Positions 39,931-52,425 of a stretch of 64,000 nt of DNA are shown here, piece by piece. Position numbers and translations under genes: made by a program. The notes beneath the pieces are model-generated. The model searched no databases. It saw only the letters and a program-made list of their open reading frames with translations, and had not been told where the DNA came from. The stretch's first letter is position 1, and every line of letters starts with the position of its first letter. Origin of the DNA: Lama glama (lineage: Eukaryota); contig CM052817.1 of NCBI GenBank assembly GCA_028534125.1, positions 32,428,001 through 32,492,000 on the forward strand, in the 5' to 3' direction.

Positions 39931-41604
39931 CTCGTGCTTCAGGGCTCTGACAGTGTCTATCACATAGCTGAAGGGGCTCAATCAAGCTTAATCTGTCAAT
40001 TTGACTCAACCTTGGATATGCCAATAGGTCTAAGATATGCAAATCTATGCCTGTACACACAGACACAAAAGCCTGCGCACTGAGAAATGAGAAGTTGACT
40101 CAGCCCAGATGTTACATGTCAGATATCAAAAACTGGTGACTCATGAGTTGAATGCAGTCTACAGACATTCTTGGTTTGGCCCTGTCTGAGTTTTTAGGTT
40201 GAATTAATAGCCAGTATTTTAAAACTGGGGAGACTTCACTCAAAACTCCTGAGGCTTGACTTCTCCCCATGTTCTTAACTCACATAATTGAGTGGAGCTG
40301 AGAAGTAGATGGTGCCTCTTGAATCAAGGCATGTGCTGTGCAGTCTGTCACATCATTTCCAGCCTCTGCTTATCACCCGAGCCAACATCTCTGCTCCATT
40401 TCATCTGTCCAGGTTCTAAAGATGCTGAAATTTGCAACTTCTGTTATATGTGATTTCTGGACCATGACAACTTTCACTGGTTTCTTGAGACGGACTACTC
40501 ATATCAGGTTTTCATAACTTTTTTCCTGTTTCTACTTAGAGGTTTTTGACTATTGTGCACCCATTCAGAGGAAGTATAGTATTAGGTTAATTCAGTTAGC
40601 GTAGACAACAGCCAAACCAGGTTGGTGTTTAATGACCTGAGTCAGCATTCTCCTCATTGAAATTAACACAGAAATTGTTACATACAAACCATCCTTTTGC
40701 TTGTTGTGCGAAACATACACTGTTAAGAATACACAAAATTGGTAGGTAGCCAATTTCCAATGGTTTCTTGTTCAGATAACGATGTCCTAATAAATCTCTC
40801 AGCAAATTCCAATATCTTCATTTTCTATGTCAAAGGAAACAGATTTGAAAATGAAATCCTGAGCCGGATGGGAGTTTAAGTAAATTATAGTAATTTTCTG
40901 GTTGAACAAATAATTATCATGTTTGAAAAATAACCATCATTTCCCTCGAATTAAAGCCTTTTCCTTGCTTTTAGGATTCCAATGAAAACATATATTAATG
41001 GGTCAAATCTTAAAACTGAAGGCCTGGGAAAATCCTTAAGTTCTAAATACCACACCCCCATCTCAATTAAAATTTTCTGAACTGTCCTCTTGGACATTTT
41101 TTCCCCCTAACCAACGCAACCTGAAATGATCAGCTTTCATAATGAACTATTAAAAATCTTTCCTTTTTTTTCAGAAGGTTTAATGCTGATTTTAGGTCAG
41201 AGGAAGGGCAAATGTCTGCTCTCTTTGCTTGCTCTTAAGTTACAGTTAAAGGAGTGGCGATTTTGTTTTTTTAAAACATATGAGGGCAATGATCTTTTCA
41301 CCAGTAAAAACGGTCTAGGAAAGTTCATTAAACAAATCATAATTCCCCTAGATGAATAAGGAAACTTATATTTCCCCCTAGATATTTTGGCCTGTTCATA
41401 TAAATTTACTTTTTAGTGTGTAGTTATTATTACATTGTATTCAAAATAAGTCGACCTTGTAGTACTTTAACTATGAAACCTTAACATTTTTAAAAAGCGT
41501 TGGGAAAGATTGAAATCAGGTCAGAAGTCTGAGTTGGGGCTTCGGTTATCCCCAAATAAACTTTTTTCTGAAACCAAAATGGAAGCCAATGTTCTCTCCC
41601 ATAG

Positions 41605-41660
41605 AGCTCTTTTCACTCCGTAGATGTGAAGATGGCTGCCTCCCTGGAGTTATTCTTCTT
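41605..41660 (+). pseudogene. Possible small exon remnant
   Basis: ctctcccatAG (or ccgtAG at 41623) ... TT|gtaagt; reads SSFHSVDVKMAASLELFF. Confidence 0.3.
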
Positions 41661-43579
41661 GTAAGTTCTTTCCCATTTATCTGGCTTTCCTCCTGGGCTT
41701 TTTGCTGCTTTGTTGTTTCTGCTATTAAATGAGCAAACTTAAAATTAGATGCTTGGTATCTGCCTGCAGTGTAAAATATACTGGGGGAAAAAAAACCCTA
41801 AGACTTTTTCGGGGGAGATATATACATATATATATATATTTGGAAAAGGGGGAGAAGGATATTTGTTTGTTACTTTCATATCACCATTTTTTGCTAGGGA
41901 GTTGTAGTTTTCTAATTTGTGGTTATAGAGGCTAAGGTAGCACAAACTTAGGGAGGGAATATTCAATCAGAATTTCCCCAGGAATCAGATCAGATCATGC
42001 CCCCTCTCTTCTCCCAAATGAGGAGTGGCCATCTTTATTTGCATTTGGAGGATGTCTTTCAGTATCCTCTGAAGCTGGGGAGGCAGAACTGTGAATGCAG
42101 AGAGGAGTTCTGCAGAAGAGAGAGGTCTGAGGTGGAAGAAGTCTTCTGTTTTTGTCCTGCTCTGTCCCTCACTAGGGTGTCATCTTGGGAAAATCATTAA
42201 ATCCTAATCTTTCTCCAGCTTCAGTTTCCCCATTTGTCAAATGAGATTGATAATTTCTCTGCTTTGCTCTCAGGGTTGTTGCAGAAGGAATCAAGTGAGC
42301 TGTTATAGAAGAAAGCCCTTAATTTAAGGACATTCATTGCTATAATTTCTCTTGACCTATATTAGTAAGTAAATATTTTGCTTTTTGCTTTTTAGCATAT
42401 ATAGCAATGAAGAGTATTTCATTTCATAGATGTCATCTTGTCTTTGTCCACTAGATGTCAGTAGAGCTCTATGGCTCAACCAGTACCGCTCCCTGGTTGG
42501 GACGATCTGTTCTTGGAAAATTTTCCAAAGCAAACTCTGTGCTTTTGCTTTTTTGCATTTTTTTTTTTTTTTTAGCCAAATGGCCATGAATTAATGTGTC
42601 CTTGCTCCACACCCACCCTTATATCCATCCCAGTAGAATCTGCTTGCGGTACAATTTTCTGCCTTATTGTAACTTCCCTCTCTTCATTTCCTGGAGGAAT
42701 TTCTACAAAATCATTCCTTTTCAAGAGCTCCTTTAGTAGAATATGTGAAAAAAAAACTGAAAGAAACCCTACTATAAAGTAAACTCACAAAATGATTTAG
42801 ATTAGTTATTGCAAACGAATTTAGTGCTTTTAAAATTAAATATCACTTTGAGAAATCCTGTTCGCGTTTACTTTTCCTCACTATCCTGTTGCCATTGCCC
42901 CTATTTTAGCTTTGTTTGTTTGTTTTCACTCTAATTGAGAAATAAAGCAGAAATACCCAGTGGTGCTTTGTCTTCCCCAGAAATGCTTAGTGGACAAATC
43001 CTGTTTTTCAAAAATGCTGTCTCTAGAGGGAAGAAAAATAAATCCCTTGGAAATGTAGCTATTCCTGCTTCCTAGAAATAGCTAAAAGGCTCAAGTTAAA
43101 GTTAAAAAGCTCAAGTTAAAGCATACGGTTTTCGGGCTGTTGCCAATTCTTTGGCAAGAGTTATGTTCTTTCCAAAATACAGACCCAGTTGCGAAGCTGG
43201 TCCTTGTTTTTACTGGCTTCTTTCGTCACAGCAGAGTTAGCTAATTTAATTGCTTTTTGACTTTTAACTTGAAAATCATTTATAAGTATAAAAATTAAGA
43301 AAGTGCAAGATGTTTTCAGGATTTGGTTTTTGCCTAAGAATGAAGGGAACTTAAAATATTGAGTGTCTGAAATTTTCCAAGATCTCTGTGTTACATTCAA
43401 ACCTAGGGATTTAAAAGTTAAATTGCTTTGAAGAGACATGCTATTCATTTTCAAATATCACTTCAAAAAATCATTAATATCTACACACATAAGGTGATTC
43501 AACAGTGTTGCATTCCGTTCTGTACGGTTGCTGTCAGCTGGAATCATTTTTCCTGGACGTCTATGACGAGATAGGCATT

Positions 43580-45075
43580 ATCTCATGAGATGCTGAAGAT
43601 AAAAGATAAGCAAATCCAGCCCTCCTGGAGCTTACAGTCTAGTGGGGAATACAAATATCAATCACGTAACCACACAAAGAAATGGAAAACTGCCAATCTG
43701 ACCCCCTCCAATTCCCTGTGGTTTTAATTACCGTCTCTGGAACACGCGTATTTATGGCTCCAGCTTAGACTTTCCAAGCTCCGGACTATTTCCAATTTAA
43801 TTTGTCCTCTTGGATGCCCAAGAAACCTCAAAATCAACATATCTAAGACTGAACTCATCATCTACCCATTCAAAACTTTCCTCTTTCCTCTTTCAAGCAT
43901 CCCTGTCTCCGTCCCACCCCCCTGCTTTATCTGTTTTTTGAGTACTTCATCATCCTGACGTTTATATTTATTTGTTTATCGTTTGTTTCCCATCCTAGAA
44001 TGGCAGCTCCATGACAGAGACATTGTCTGTTATGTTCAGTGACCTACACCTATGCTCCTGTACCTAGCACAGAACTTGACACTTGGTAGGTGCTCAATAA
44101 AAATTTGTTAGATGAACTCATTCATAAAGTACTGTCAGAAGTACTCAGTGTTCTGAGATCCTTTACTAGAAGAAGTTGATCTTGTCAGGGAGGTCAAGAA
44201 AGGCTTTCTTGCCGAAGTGATGCTTGAGCTGGGAAGAAAAGTAGGCACTGGTTAGGCTGAGAAAGGACGGAAGATCATTTAAAGTGACAGATGCAAAGAC
44301 CCTGTGGTGAGAGGGAGAGTGAAAAAGATAAAGGACAGAAAGAAGGCCTGAGGGACAGAGGAAGAGAGACCAAGTGAAGTAGGTCTGCAAGATGAACCAA
44401 GAAAGGAAGGAGGCCAGACCATACAGGATCCTGTAGGCTGAATTAAGACACCAAGACGTTATCTTTATTCTAAAAATAATGAAAAATCATTTGAGTATAT
44501 TAAACAGGGAGGTGACTTAATCAGATCTGAAAAGATTACTCTGACTTCAGTGTGGAAAATGGATTGGAGAAGTACCTTGAATGAATTTGGGAAACCCAGC
44601 TAAAAGGCAGCAGTGGTCCAGATGGGCACTGTGGGTAGTTTGAACGTTAAGTGCTGTTGGTGAGGATTGGAGTAGATGCAGGAGGAATAGATGTTTCCAT
44701 GGCAATTTAAAAGGTGAAAACAATGAGATTTGGTGAAGAGTTAGAAAAAAGGTGAGGGAGAAGCTGTCAGGGTGGAGCTGAAGTTTGTGGCTTGGACAAT
44801 GAGATGGTGAAATGGCGATGCTTAAAAGAGGGTCAGGCTCGAGAGGGAAGACGATGAGTTCAGTTTTAATCGTGTTGATTTCCAGGTTTCTTAGGCATCC
44901 AAGAGGACATATTAAGTTGGAAATGGTCCAGAGCTTGGACAGGCTGGGCTGGAGCTGCAAATACATGACAGTCCCAGAGATGATAATTAAAATTGTCGGC
45001 CAGAGAATAGACTGAGATGAGGAGAGACTTGCAGTTTCGCATACAGATCTCTGGTTGCAGGTGAAGGATGGAAAT
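43580..45075. mobile_element. Nested L2 elements: a + strand L2 3' end (~43700-44125) inserted into a long - strand L2
   Basis: L2 3' end ggtgctcaataaaaatttgttagatgaa; the - strand L2 continues on both sides. Confidence 0.75.
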
Positions 45076-45371
45076 GCAGACAAAGCCCTGACGTAAGCTG
45101 GCAGGCCTGTCACCCATGCCCACAGCTGAAGAGCACTGGGTGACATCTGGTGCTCCGTGGACCGCAGACAGCAACCTTCTAGACCTCCCTAGACTCAAGC
45201 ACAGCTGAGAATCAACTTCCTCTTCCTCCTTACCAAGGGACAGAAGAGAAAGTCTTGTGGACTTTTTACCTTGAGAAAGTATTTTACCAAGCCTATCCTT
45301 TAAAACATTCTTTCTTTATGGACGTCTATGTGTATTAAAAAAATAATACCACTGTTGTAATGAAATATTTT

Positions 45372-45491
45372 TGTTGGGGGGAGGTAATTAGTTTTATTTA
45401 TTTATCTATTTGAATGGAGGTACTGGGGATTGAACCCAGGGCCTCATGCATGCTAAGCACACACTCTACCACTGAGCTATACCCTCCCCCA
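45372..45491 (-). mobile_element. Camelid-type SINE
   Basis: ggggggaggtaattag...gaggtactggggattgaacccagg...ctaccactgagctataccctcccc. Confidence 0.92.
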
Positions 45492-46092
45492 CAAACATAT
45501 TCTTTCTTAAGCATATGCTTGTGATTTTACATAGGCAGTTGACTAGACACTTGAAAATTAAAATTATGTTCACAGCTCACATTAACTGAAGCGCTACTAT
45601 GAGCTGAGGGCTGTCCTAAGGGCCTTATGACACTTACTTCCTTTACGCCACCCTAGGAGGTAGCTACTATCAGTCCCGTTTGACAGATGAGGAAACCAGC
45701 ACAGCAAGGTCAGGAATCTGGATCAGGGTCACACAGCTGATAAGTAGCAGAGCCAGGATTTGAGCCCAGGAAGTCTCCGGAGGAAATACTGGGAATGACT
45801 GTGCCAGACGATATTAAAAATCCACCATGCACATCTTAAAATGTTTTGTATTTTAAATTAGACTGAAAGCCTTTACTAGGACTTTGATGAACTATTTAGT
45901 GATTCGTAGATTCTGGTGACCATTAAAAACCTGTTCAGGCTTGCAACCCTGTTTCCCAACCAAATTCCCTTTGGGTTGTCTGGGATGAAACAGCCCCCAA
46001 AAGGCCACACTCTCCCCTGGGTCTGTTCCGCCTTGTGGAATAATATGTGATTCCCTGATCAAATTTTAATATAATGCTTTGGTGTCTCTTAG

Positions 46093-46495
46093 TCATAGTA
46101 GAGAGATCATTTTCTCAACTTGAAACAGAAGTGTGTCCAGACATGAGGGCACAGGAAAAACATTAAGCAAAATTCCCTATAAAAAGGAAGGTGGAAGATT
46201 TGGTGGTTTATGTCATCCAGCAAAACTTTGGAGGAGACGTCACAGCCATTGTGGAAATAACACCTCATATCCCAACAATCAAACAGGCAACGACAACGCC
46301 TGTCACACAGCCACTCCCAGGTGTTCATCCGAGTCCCCCGTCTGGGCACAAAGGGGACATCATCAGGGGAGACACAGGAGACCCAGGGTCAGACCCCCGT
46401 CTCCCTCCCTCTTCCCTTGCTCCGGACCACACCCCCTCCCCTAAGTACAGCTCCAAATCCTGCAACATTGTCTGTCCCTCCAGCCACAGGACCTG
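46093..46495 (+). pseudogene. Large exon remnant: Pro/Thr/Ser-rich linker between modules B and C
   Basis: tctcttAG ... CTG|gtaagg; 403 nt. One frame has a single TAA (46164-66): IVERSFSQLETEVCPDMRAQEKH*AKFPIKRKVEDLVVYVIQQNFGGDVTAIVEITPHIPTIKQATTTPVTQPLPGVHPSPP... Confidence 0.55.
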
Positions 46496-47342
46496 GTAAG
46501 GAAACTAAAGTGGAAATTAATTTTTATTTCAATCCAGAGCAAAGGAGGGAGAAAAATGGCTAGAAAAAGACATTATGCTGTACACCAGAAATTGACACAT
46601 TGTAACTGACTATACTTCAATTAAAAAAAAAAGAGGATAGAAGAGTTTCTGTATCATCGCTAAATTTTGAGAGCAACCGAGAAAATCTATGGCTGAGAGT
46701 GTCTGAAATTCACACCTTCCCAGTACTGTAATAATAATAATTTTAAAATGATAATAAAGGTTAATGTTGATTAAGTGCTACCTATATGCCAGGAACACCT
46801 CTGATCATCTGATGACTATGATATCTTTTAATTCTCACAGCAACCCTAGGAGGTAGGTGATAATTTCCCCCTTCCTTTTTAGATGCGGAAACCAAGGCAC
46901 AGAGAGGTTAAGTAATTTGTCCAAGTCCACACAGCTGATGATGATCAAAGCCGCAATGTGCACCTGTGTGGATTCTCACAGCTCACCCCTCGGGCCTGTA
47001 CTTTCGACCACCAGGAGCATTTACTTACTAATGTGTGACCTGGAAAGACAGGCCCCACCATCCTCTTACAAAGGCAGGGATGAGGGGTTTGGTCAGGGTG
47101 GACTCACCCCGTGTGCCTGAGAACACAGTTGGGAATCAGTGAGGTGGGAACCAGCATAGGGGAAGCAAAGATAAGGTGCCAACACTTCTCTGGAGAAATA
47201 TTGGGCAAGCTGGCTCCTCTGCAGGTGAGGCCGGATGGGCACCTTCTGGCATAATCTGGGGGCATGGGGCAGAGAACACAGGCACCAGAGCAACGGCTGG
47301 GTAGGCTCCTTGTGGGGGCGGATCCCCTCCTCTCTCGGGCAG

Positions 47343-47587
47343 GAGACTGTTGCTTCCGTTACCTCTGCCGGTGAAGTCTGTACCTGATAAATCAAAGAGG
47401 TCTCACCAAGGGCTCTTCCACTGTGGCAGCATCCAACCCCGGAGCTGTCAACGCCCAGGACAGTCACACCACATCTCTTCAGTGGACACACAGCCTGCTC
47501 TGCTCGGATCAATCCTACGCTTCTGGTACTTGGTGCAGCCTTTTCCTGCAGCTGGCCGTGTTCTCCCTGCCTGCTCCCACAAATAAG
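47343..47587 (+). pseudogene. Exon remnant: module C, RGS domain 1 (N-half)
   Basis: cctctctcgggcAG acceptor. Reads HQGLFH, HTTSLQWTHSLL (parallels PHCLKWYQALL of module B) and GSILRFWYLVQPF (RGS L.FW..V motif). Confidence 0.6.
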
Positions 47588-47779
47588 GCAGACTTGAAAG
47601 ATTGGTTTTTAGAGGAATTTTGCTTTATTGCTCGCACACAGTAATAGACATCTAATAAATCACCCTGTGGGTGTGTGTGCGTGTGTGTGTGTTTGTCTGT
47701 GCAGCAAATGAATGATGAAACGGAGGGTCAGTCGCTCATTGCGTACCTCCAACCTGGCCACAGGACATTTATTTTCAAG

Positions 47780-47995
47780 ATGCTAACAATCTCCACTTGT
47801 CAAGTATGAGTTAGTCCGAAGCCTCACGGTAACACCACTATGAACTTCAGCGTGCCGACGCTTCTTCCCTGGAATACTGCCATGGTGGCAAACCCTAACT
47901 TCCTGTGCTCTGAATCAGCCTCACGTTCACGTTGGGCACTGGAAAATTTACTCCGTTTCAGAGAAAAACAACCAGCCTGTGTGCCATCGCCCTTG
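47780..47995 (+). pseudogene. Exon remnant: module C, RGS domain 1 (C-half)
   Basis: ttattttcaAG ... TTG|gttagc; reads SASRSRWALENLLRFREKQ vs recalled KSQTIQGLKELLPSG. Confidence 0.45.
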
Positions 47996-48180
47996 GTTAG
48001 CCCATTTGCCAGGAGAATGTTAAGCTTCTCGCCAGACCGCACCCTGAGCACACCCACTTAGATTATAAACATTCAGAAAATTACAGGCCTTTACCATCTA
48101 ATTGGCAGTGCTCTTCTGAATAAAAATACAGCCACCCCTGTGCCACGTTTGCTCCAGTTGGCAACAAATCAAAAGGCCAA

Positions 48181-48407
48181 GGAGAGGGAGCGTGCGGCTC
48201 AGTGGTAGAGCACGTGCTTAGTACGCATGAGCTCCTGGGTTCAATCCCCAGGACCTCCATTAAATAAATATATATATGTATGTATATGTATGACTGAAAC
48301 ATGCTGTACCCCACGAACTGACGCAAGTTGTAAACTGACTATATTTCAATTTTTAAAAAACTGTTAAAAATAAAAATAAAAAAGCCTAATTACCTCCTCC
48401 CCCAATA
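48181..48407 (+). mobile_element. Camelid-type SINE containing an L1 3'-tail fragment, with TSD
   Basis: TSD aaaaggccaagg at 48171-82 and 48408-19; L1 tail at ~48270-48360. Confidence 0.85.
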
Positions 48408-48497
48408 AAAAGGCCAAGGGACACTCCCAGCAGTGACCACAGCTCTGCTCCATTAGGTAGAGGAATGTTTTTCTTAATGACCTTTTGTTTCCCCAAG

Positions 48498-48551
48498 TAT
48501 CTCATAGCACTTGGGCGGATGGTATAGACCAGGTAGTGACTGACCAGCATG
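48498..48551 (+). pseudogene. Small exon remnant, module C
   Basis: ccttttgtttccccaAG ... ATG|gtaaga; reads SHSTWADGIDQVVTDQH. Positionally equivalent to the 29308 exon. Confidence 0.42.
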
Positions 48552-49138
48552 GTAAGATGTCGTGCTTTGGTGTGTTTTTGAAGTGTAGCCAGCATCGTCT
48601 GATGTCAAGAAGAGAACTGGCCAAGTTGAAATTGTGCGCCCAGTGGGACTTCGGCGGGCTCTGGCTGAGGTGGCTCCTCCCCGAAGCCTAGACTTTGCTC
48701 CTAGACGTTGTTCTTGAAGATTCTGCAGCTCAGACTTAGGCATCTTCCCCCTACCCGCTGCCCAGTAAAAAATGTACCCAAGCACTGACCGACAAGCAGA
48801 CATGGAGAGGGGTTCATGGTCAACTGTTAAGTGAGAAAACCAGGTTACAAGCGATCCATGGTGTACGATGCCAATTTTGTAAAACAAAACCATAAATACA
48901 TATAGAGGGTAAGTGGTTAACAGCTTTCATTAAAAAGACACAGGATTTTTAATGTTCTGTGCAGGTGATCTCTGCGTAGTGATACTGCTAGGTTTTTATT
49001 TGATCCTTTCATCCTTTTCCCTCATTGATACAGTCTATGTATGTTTATTTCTTTAAAATAAATAAAATAAATTAAGAAGGAAAAGGAAAGAAAACCTACC
49101 GTCTTTTAAGGAGACTTTCAAATCTTACCTCCTTTCAG

Positions 49139-49320
49139 AACCTTTCAAGACAGCGCTGGAAGGCTCTTTCCCTCAATCTAAACATAATAGAAGAAACATA
49201 AAAGCTTTGTGGGGTACGTAGAATTGCATGTGCGTTTCTATAACAACACTTGCAACTTTCCTCCCTGAAATGGAGTTTTGAAAAGTGTCTACTTATCTTG
49301 TGTCCTACAGTGGATTGTAA
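49139..49320 (+). pseudogene. Exon remnant: module C linker
   Basis: cttacctcctttcAG ... AA|gtaagc; reads NLSRQRWKALSLNLNIIEET*KL, the third copy of the W-R/K-x-L/I/A linker motif. Confidence 0.55.
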
Positions 49321-49449
49321 GTAAGCACGTTGGCAGCAGGGACTGTGTTGGAAAACTCTGTTGCCTATATAGCATCTAACGCTCACCTCCACACCCCGCC
49401 AGGTGTAGGCAGCCAGCACATCCGGTGTTGTTGTTTTCTAAAAAATTTT

Positions 49450-49570
49450 AGGGGGAGGGAGGTAATTAGGTTTCTTTCTTTCTTTTTTTTAATGGAAGTA
49501 CTGGGGATTGAACCCAGGACCTCGTGCGTGCTAGGCATGCACTCCACCACCGTGCTATATACCCTCCCCA
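49450..49570 (-). mobile_element. Camelid-type SINE
   Basis: gaggtaattagg...ctggggattgaacccaggacctcg. Confidence 0.9.
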
Positions 49571-50399
49571 CCAGGACATACATTTTGAGTGAATAATTAC
49601 ACACATCTCTGGGTACATTCTGTGTTTCTGCAAAGTCCCATGAAAATTTACTCTCTCAAAATAAGAAATCCTGTGTCTTTTTAAGGAAAAGAATAACTAA
49701 AAACTTCACATAGGTATTTTGCTAATAGAAGCAAAAATATCAAAACCAGTGTTGCCAAATATCGGATGCAGTGAAGTTAGCTCTGGGGCTCCAACGAACA
49801 GTCACGGAGAGAATTATAGGGCTGCTCTGTGTCTTCTGGCTGGTGTCTGCATTTCTCAAACCATAGATGCTGCTGCTCTTTCCCCAAAGCTCTTATTTTA
49901 TCCTGAGATGCTAAGTAATATGTCAAAATTCCAAAGATAAGCCAGGAAAAGGTGAAGAGAAATTCAACATGTGATTATTTCTAAAAGAAACCATGACCTG
50001 TGACTTATTTAGTGTGTTGGCGGCAACCTAGTGGAATTCCTAGAAGATAATCACAGATTATCTACAGTGTGCGAAATAGGATGCAGAAGTAGGTCAGGGC
50101 ATTTATGTGCAGGCTAGGCAACTGGGGAAGATCGGATAGGCCCCTGTTTTTCCCAACTGGGAAAAAGACCCCTGGCTCGGGTTTTGGGCTGCTCTGCTCA
50201 GCCTTCCTGTGAATCCTCATTCTGCTCACATCCCAGTCAGTGACCAGGGCCCTCGGAGCCTGTTTCTTGTGTCCCTTCAGCACATCACTCCCAACTCAGC
50301 TGCCTTTTTAATTTCCAGCTCCAGCAATGCCTTAAACATCTTTCTAAACTCAAGGGTTACATTGGGATACCGGACAGAAAGTCCTGGTTCTTTTGCAAC

Positions 50400-51080
50400 T
50401 TCTGTTTCTTCATACACTCAACAAACATGTACGGAGCACCTACTATGTGCCAGGCTAGTTGCTTGGGATAAAGTGGTGGACAAGAGAGGCACTGTGTCTG
50501 CCTCTGGAGAGCTTCTGGCCCAGCAAGGGAAGGCAGACCTATGCTATAAATAAATACCCAAAGAGTTGTTTCATTCTAGCTGTCTTAAACCCTATGGGGA
50601 AAAAAGCATAGTGAAGAATGACAGTGAGTAATCAGCATTTCTGAACCCACTTGAGGAGTCAGGGCTTCCTCTCTGCGGAAAACAAACTCTTAAGGTAAGT
50701 TCAGAGTCTCCCAGGCAGAGAAGACAGCATATGTAAGGGCAATGGGTCAAGGAGGGTGGAGCATCCTAGGAACTGAGAAAGGCCAGTGAGGTTATGCAGG
50801 ACCTTGAAGGTCACACAAAAGGACAGGAAGTTATCCACAGAGTGGTAGGGAGCCTTGGAAGGTTATGGAGCAGGGGAGTAATGCATCCAGATTGCAGCTC
50901 TTAAAGATCTTTCTGGCTGCTGTGCTGAGAACACAGAAGAGGGGCTAAAAGCAGCAGTGGCCATGTAGGAGGCCATTGGGGTCCTCCAGGTCACAGGCAA
51001 TAGGGCTGCAAGCAACTTGTGACATCATGGAGCTGAGGATGGGGAGCAGTGAAGGAGTCAAGTTTTAGAAAATATATGCA
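50400..51080 (-). mobile_element. L2 fragment
   Basis: caacaaacatgtacggagcacctactatgtgccagg...gggagccttggaagg...aaagatctttctggctgc. Confidence 0.7.
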
Positions 51081-51182
51081 AAAACAAAAGCAACAACAAA
51101 ATCCAGAATCTGTGTCACCATCTGTAAGATGGACTGAAGTTAATATGGACATAATAAAAGATTTTGATCTGATCCTTGTCCA

Positions 51183-51280
51183 CTTTATTTATTTATTTAT
51201 AACAGAGGTATCAGGGATTGAACCCAGGACCTCACGCATGCTAAGCATGTGCTCTACCACTGAGCTATTTCCCTCTCCCC
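51183..51280 (-). mobile_element. Camelid-type SINE
   Basis: gggattgaacccaggacctcacgcatgctaagcatgtgctctaccactgagcta. Confidence 0.9.
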
Positions 51281-52202
51281 TGCCCATTTTACTTTTCTAG
51301 GTTTATGAGACTACAGGACTTCATCAGACAATATAATTACATATATTCCATAACTAGTTGATTTGTTTTCTTGAAATTCTTTTCTAAACTGTCCAGAGGG
51401 ACACTATGGACCACCACTCCTAGAATTATCAAGTGAAATCAGTGATGCATATTGAGCTCCAAGTATGTGCAAAGCCTCCTGTGACATTAAAAAAATATAT
51501 ATGATCCTTGTCTCCAAGGGGCTTGTAGACACTGGAAGTACATGAACTCCCCTTGAGATGGAAAAAGATGAAGGCCAGGAATTGAATCCCAGAATCATAA
51601 TTAGTGAAAGGGGTTGGAAGGAAGAACTAGAAAAGGATCTCCAAACAAGCAGTTGAAGGGGTAAGAAGAAGGACCAGGCATCACCATGGAAACTGAGGAG
51701 CGAGCTTGAGGAAGACGGGATGGCTACCAGGGCTGAGGGCTGAGCTGCCAAGGAGGGTAGGGAGTGAGAAAAGCCTCTGGGAACAATCTGGTGGCACACG
51801 ACAGATCCACGACAAGAGAACAGAGCAGGCAGAAGCCAGCGCAGTGAGCTGAGAGAGAGGAGAAGATGGAGAAATACAATCACTGTCATAGACTAATCTT
51901 TACCTGTTGGTTAATTTCTATTTTGCCTTGTTCCAGAAAAAAATGTAAGGAGGCTTAAAGGGATTCAAATATACATCAGGAAAACATAAATTGAAAAAGG
52001 AATGAAAGGAGAAGGAAAAACAAGGGTGGTGATCTAAAACGAAGCCAGGAATGCGGTCGAATCTGCATACAGCCTTGCCTCACCCAAGTCAGGGAATTCG
52101 ATCAAACAAAATGAATGGGACAGCTGCGAACACTGTTCAGTCCCTTTGTGTAGCTCTTCCTCTCCTTCCTCCCTTGTAATCTTGGATCTTTTCCATTTCA
52201 AG

Positions 52203-52425
52203 TTCAGACTATGCTCCAACGGGTCAATTTGTCAATATTTGTGGAGTTTCTGCTATTTGAAAGGCATCTGGAGTTAAAAGATGGACAGAATGAGTGTCAG
52301 TGTCTTCATGCAAACTCATCGCCACCACCAGGAAGACAACTCAGAGCTTATCCCCTCAGAGAGGTCACTGCTGCCTCCTGTGAAAGTCAAGGGTGGTACA
52401 TTTTGGAGAAATATATAGTCCCTTG
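52203..52425 (+). pseudogene. Exon remnant: module C, RGS domain 2
   Basis: cttttccatttcaAG ... TTG|gtaacc. Open frame QTMLQRVNLSIFVEFLLFERHLELKDGQNECQCL...SQGWYILEKYIVP vs recalled RGS22 EFEHFRQFLETHSSSMDLMCW...AKSIYIKNKYL. Confidence 0.68.

Noticed and set aside
39493..40083. 196-aa plus-strand ORF
   Set aside because: Mostly within an LTR16-like element; chance ORF.
40539..40570. RFLTIVHPFR, resembling the GPCR DRY-adjacent motif
   Set aside because: Isolated 10-residue match with no transmembrane segments around it; treated as coincidence.
44547..45146. 199-aa minus-strand ORF
   Set aside because: Lies entirely in a decayed L2; no gene-like features.
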